Source of the DNA: Candidatus Fimenecus sp.
GTDB lineage: Bacteria; Bacillota; Clostridia; Oscillospirales; Acutalibacteraceae
Length of the DNA stretch: 64,000 nucleotides
Reading direction: 5' to 3'
Assembly: GCA_045578245.1 (NCBI GenBank)
Contig: JAZNJX010000098.1
Coordinates: 1,188 to 65,187 of the forward strand
Part shown: in pieces, positions 62,553-64,000 of the stretch
Position numbering within the stretch: the stretch's first letter is position 1
Layout: each line of letters starts with the position of its first letter
Notes under the pieces: model-generated
Seen by the model: only the letters and a program-made list of their open reading frames with translations
Databases searched by the model: none
What the model was told of the DNA's origin: nothing
Made by a program: the position numbers and the translations under genes

Positions 62553-64000
62553 ATGTCCAAAGTTTCAAAAAATCTCAAAAAAATCAGAACAGAGAAAAAA
62601 CTTACGCAGGATACCTTGGCTGAAAAACTTCATGTTACACGTCAGGCAATCTCAAATTGGGAGAATGATAAAACCAAACCGGATATAGAATCCCTTGAAA
62701 TGTTGGCAGAAGTGCTGGAAGTCGATATTGAAGAATTGATTTACGGAGAGAAAAAGTCTGTCATAAATTCACAGGATAAAACAAAGCAGAAAAACCGTAT
62801 TAAGATTACACTTGCTGTTGTGGGTTCGATTTTCGTGGCTTCGGGTCTTGCAATTCTGTTTTTTGGCTTCTGGAAAGATTTCAGCATTTCTTTACAAACT
62901 GCATTTTCAGTAGTTCCTATGCTTGCAGGTCAGTGTGTTGCACTCTATACATATTTCAAGAAGAAAGACAGTGCAAGCTGGCGTGAAAGTGCAAGTGTTA
63001 TCTGGACTATCGGTACAGTTGCAACCATAGCACTTGTGGACGGAATTCATAATATAAGTTGGGTATATACCGATTACCTTGTGATTGAATCTATGCTCTT
63101 AATTCCGATATTGTTTGTATTTGGTTCAGTAGTGCCTCTTGTATTTTATTATTATATGACAGTTCATATTGCAACTATTGGCAACTGGCAGAATTTACTG
63201 TTTTCACTACTCTTTTTTGCAGTGGGAATATTGTTCACATATTATTTGTCCCGTGACAAGGATGATGTGAGAGGTAAACTTGCACAATGGATAACAATGA
63301 TTTCAGCGATTCCAGAAATGGTAGTTCTGATTATTGCAGGCTTTAGGACAGGCATTTTAGCAGAATCAATGTCCGTTCTGTTTGCAGGACTACTTGCATT
63401 CTTCTTGTGTATATACATTGTATCGATTGATAATAAAGTTGTTACATCACCATTTAAGCCAATTTCAGCAATCGGTATCTGTGTCACAATGTTGGCACTT
63501 TCAATATACACAATACTTGATGCACCAAGTATGATAGGTTATGATTTAATCGGCTTTATAATATCGATTGTTTTATGTGTTGTTGTACCTGTAATTGTTG
63601 TAACCATAAAAAGAGAGGATTTTGAAGACGAACCATTCAAAATTGCAAAAATTGCAATGCCTTTTTCTATGATTGGATTGGTTTATTTATATTCCATTCT
63701 TGATAATCAGTATTGGGAAGGGGCTGCAGATTGGATTCTGACGGCTGCTACATATGATACGATAAACTTTTTCGTTACTTGTGTTTCATCAGCATTGACA
63801 ATTGCTTTTGGTGGTATGCTGGTGTATCAAGGCATAAAGGAAATTAAAATACTGACTATAAACTTAGGTCTTTTAACTGTGTTTATACAGATGATAGGTT
63901 TCTATAGTAGTATAAATCATAACATCTTTGTCTTTGGCACATTATTGCTTGCTTTTGGTGCAATAATTATTTTCATTAATTGGAAAATGCTTTCGATTAA
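62553..64000 (+). CDS. XRE-HTH domain fused to a large polytopic membrane domain; 3' end beyond the window
   Basis: Not in the ORF track (no stop in the window). Hand translation MSKVSKNLKKIRTEKKLTQDTLAEKLHVTRQAISNWENDKTKPDIESLEMLAEVL, then at least 10 hydrophobic segments. RBS AGGAGG. Confidence 0.75.
   Translation, partial: MSKVSKNLKKIRTEKKLTQDTLAEKLHVTRQAISNWENDKTKPDIESLEMLAEVLEVDIEELIYGEKKSVINSQDKTKQKNRIKITLAVVGSIFVASGLAILFFGFWKDFSISLQTAFSVVPMLAGQCVALYTYFKKKDSASWRESASVIWTIGTVATIALVDGIHNISWVYTDYLVIESMLLIPILFVFGSVVPLVFYYYMTVHIATIGNWQNLLFSLLFFAVGILFTYYLSRDKDDVRGKLAQWITMISAIPEMVVLIIAGFRTGILAESMSVLFAGLLAFFLCIYIVSIDNKVVTSPFKPISAIGICVTMLALSIYTILDAPSMIGYDLIGFIISIVLCVVVPVIVVTIKREDFEDEPFKIAKIAMPFSMIGLVYLYSILDNQYWEGAADWILTAATYDTINFFVTCVSSALTIAFGGMLVYQGIKEIKILTINLGLLTVFIQMIGFYSSINHNIFVFGTLLLAFGAIIIFINWKMLSI

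Noticed and set aside
62455-62688. 77-aa plus-strand ORF
   Set aside because: It overlaps, out of frame, the well-supported XRE-membrane gene starting at 62553 behind AGGAGG.

Overview
Low-GC Firmicutes (Clostridia-type) chromosome segment. A dockerin-bearing LRR protein tentatively suggests a Ruminococcus-like host. Three parts. (1) 1-27.0 kb is housekeeping DNA. On the minus strand: a partial L-serine dehydratase with a fused N-terminal HTH, a YhcH-family gene and a NahK-like kinase. On the plus strand: the conserved pyrH-frr-uppS-cdsA-dxr-rseP-ispG-polC cluster (polC lacks its proofreading exonuclease insert), a hisZGDCBAIE operon without hisH/hisF, an M20 peptidase, the LRR-dockerin protein, three RNA methyltransferases, a lipid kinase and tRNA-Thr(GGU). 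(2) 27,012-62,432 is a ~35.4 kb siphovirus-type prophage integrated in the 3' half of tRNA-Thr, bounded by a 46-bp perfect direct repeat. In order it carries: integrase, a TPR membrane protein, a CI/Cro-type switch with four related operators, an early region, a late regulator, then terS/terL/portal, a gp7-family head protein fused to an ADP-ribosyltransferase, head, tail and lysis genes, a tandem DUF2829 (Tad2-like) gene, and an AT-rich four-gene cargo cassette next to attR. The early region includes PcfK-like/AcrIIA9-like, a frameshifted PcfJ-like gene, ASCH, zinc-ribbon proteins and an HUH Rep-like protein. (3) 62.5-64 kb is a host XRE-HTH/polytopic membrane protein, truncated by the window edge. 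Most notable observations: a strand-locked, about 20-fold over-represented heptamer TCAGCGG (23 plus-strand copies, 0 minus-strand) confined to the prophage and containing the Bacillus Chi core AGCGG; the uncharacterised attR-proximal cassette, which is the best candidate for a novel lysogen-expressed system; and a 29-bp long-range stem downstream of cro whose only non-Watson-Crick pairs are plus-strand G-U. No CRISPR array, rRNA or IS element was seen.
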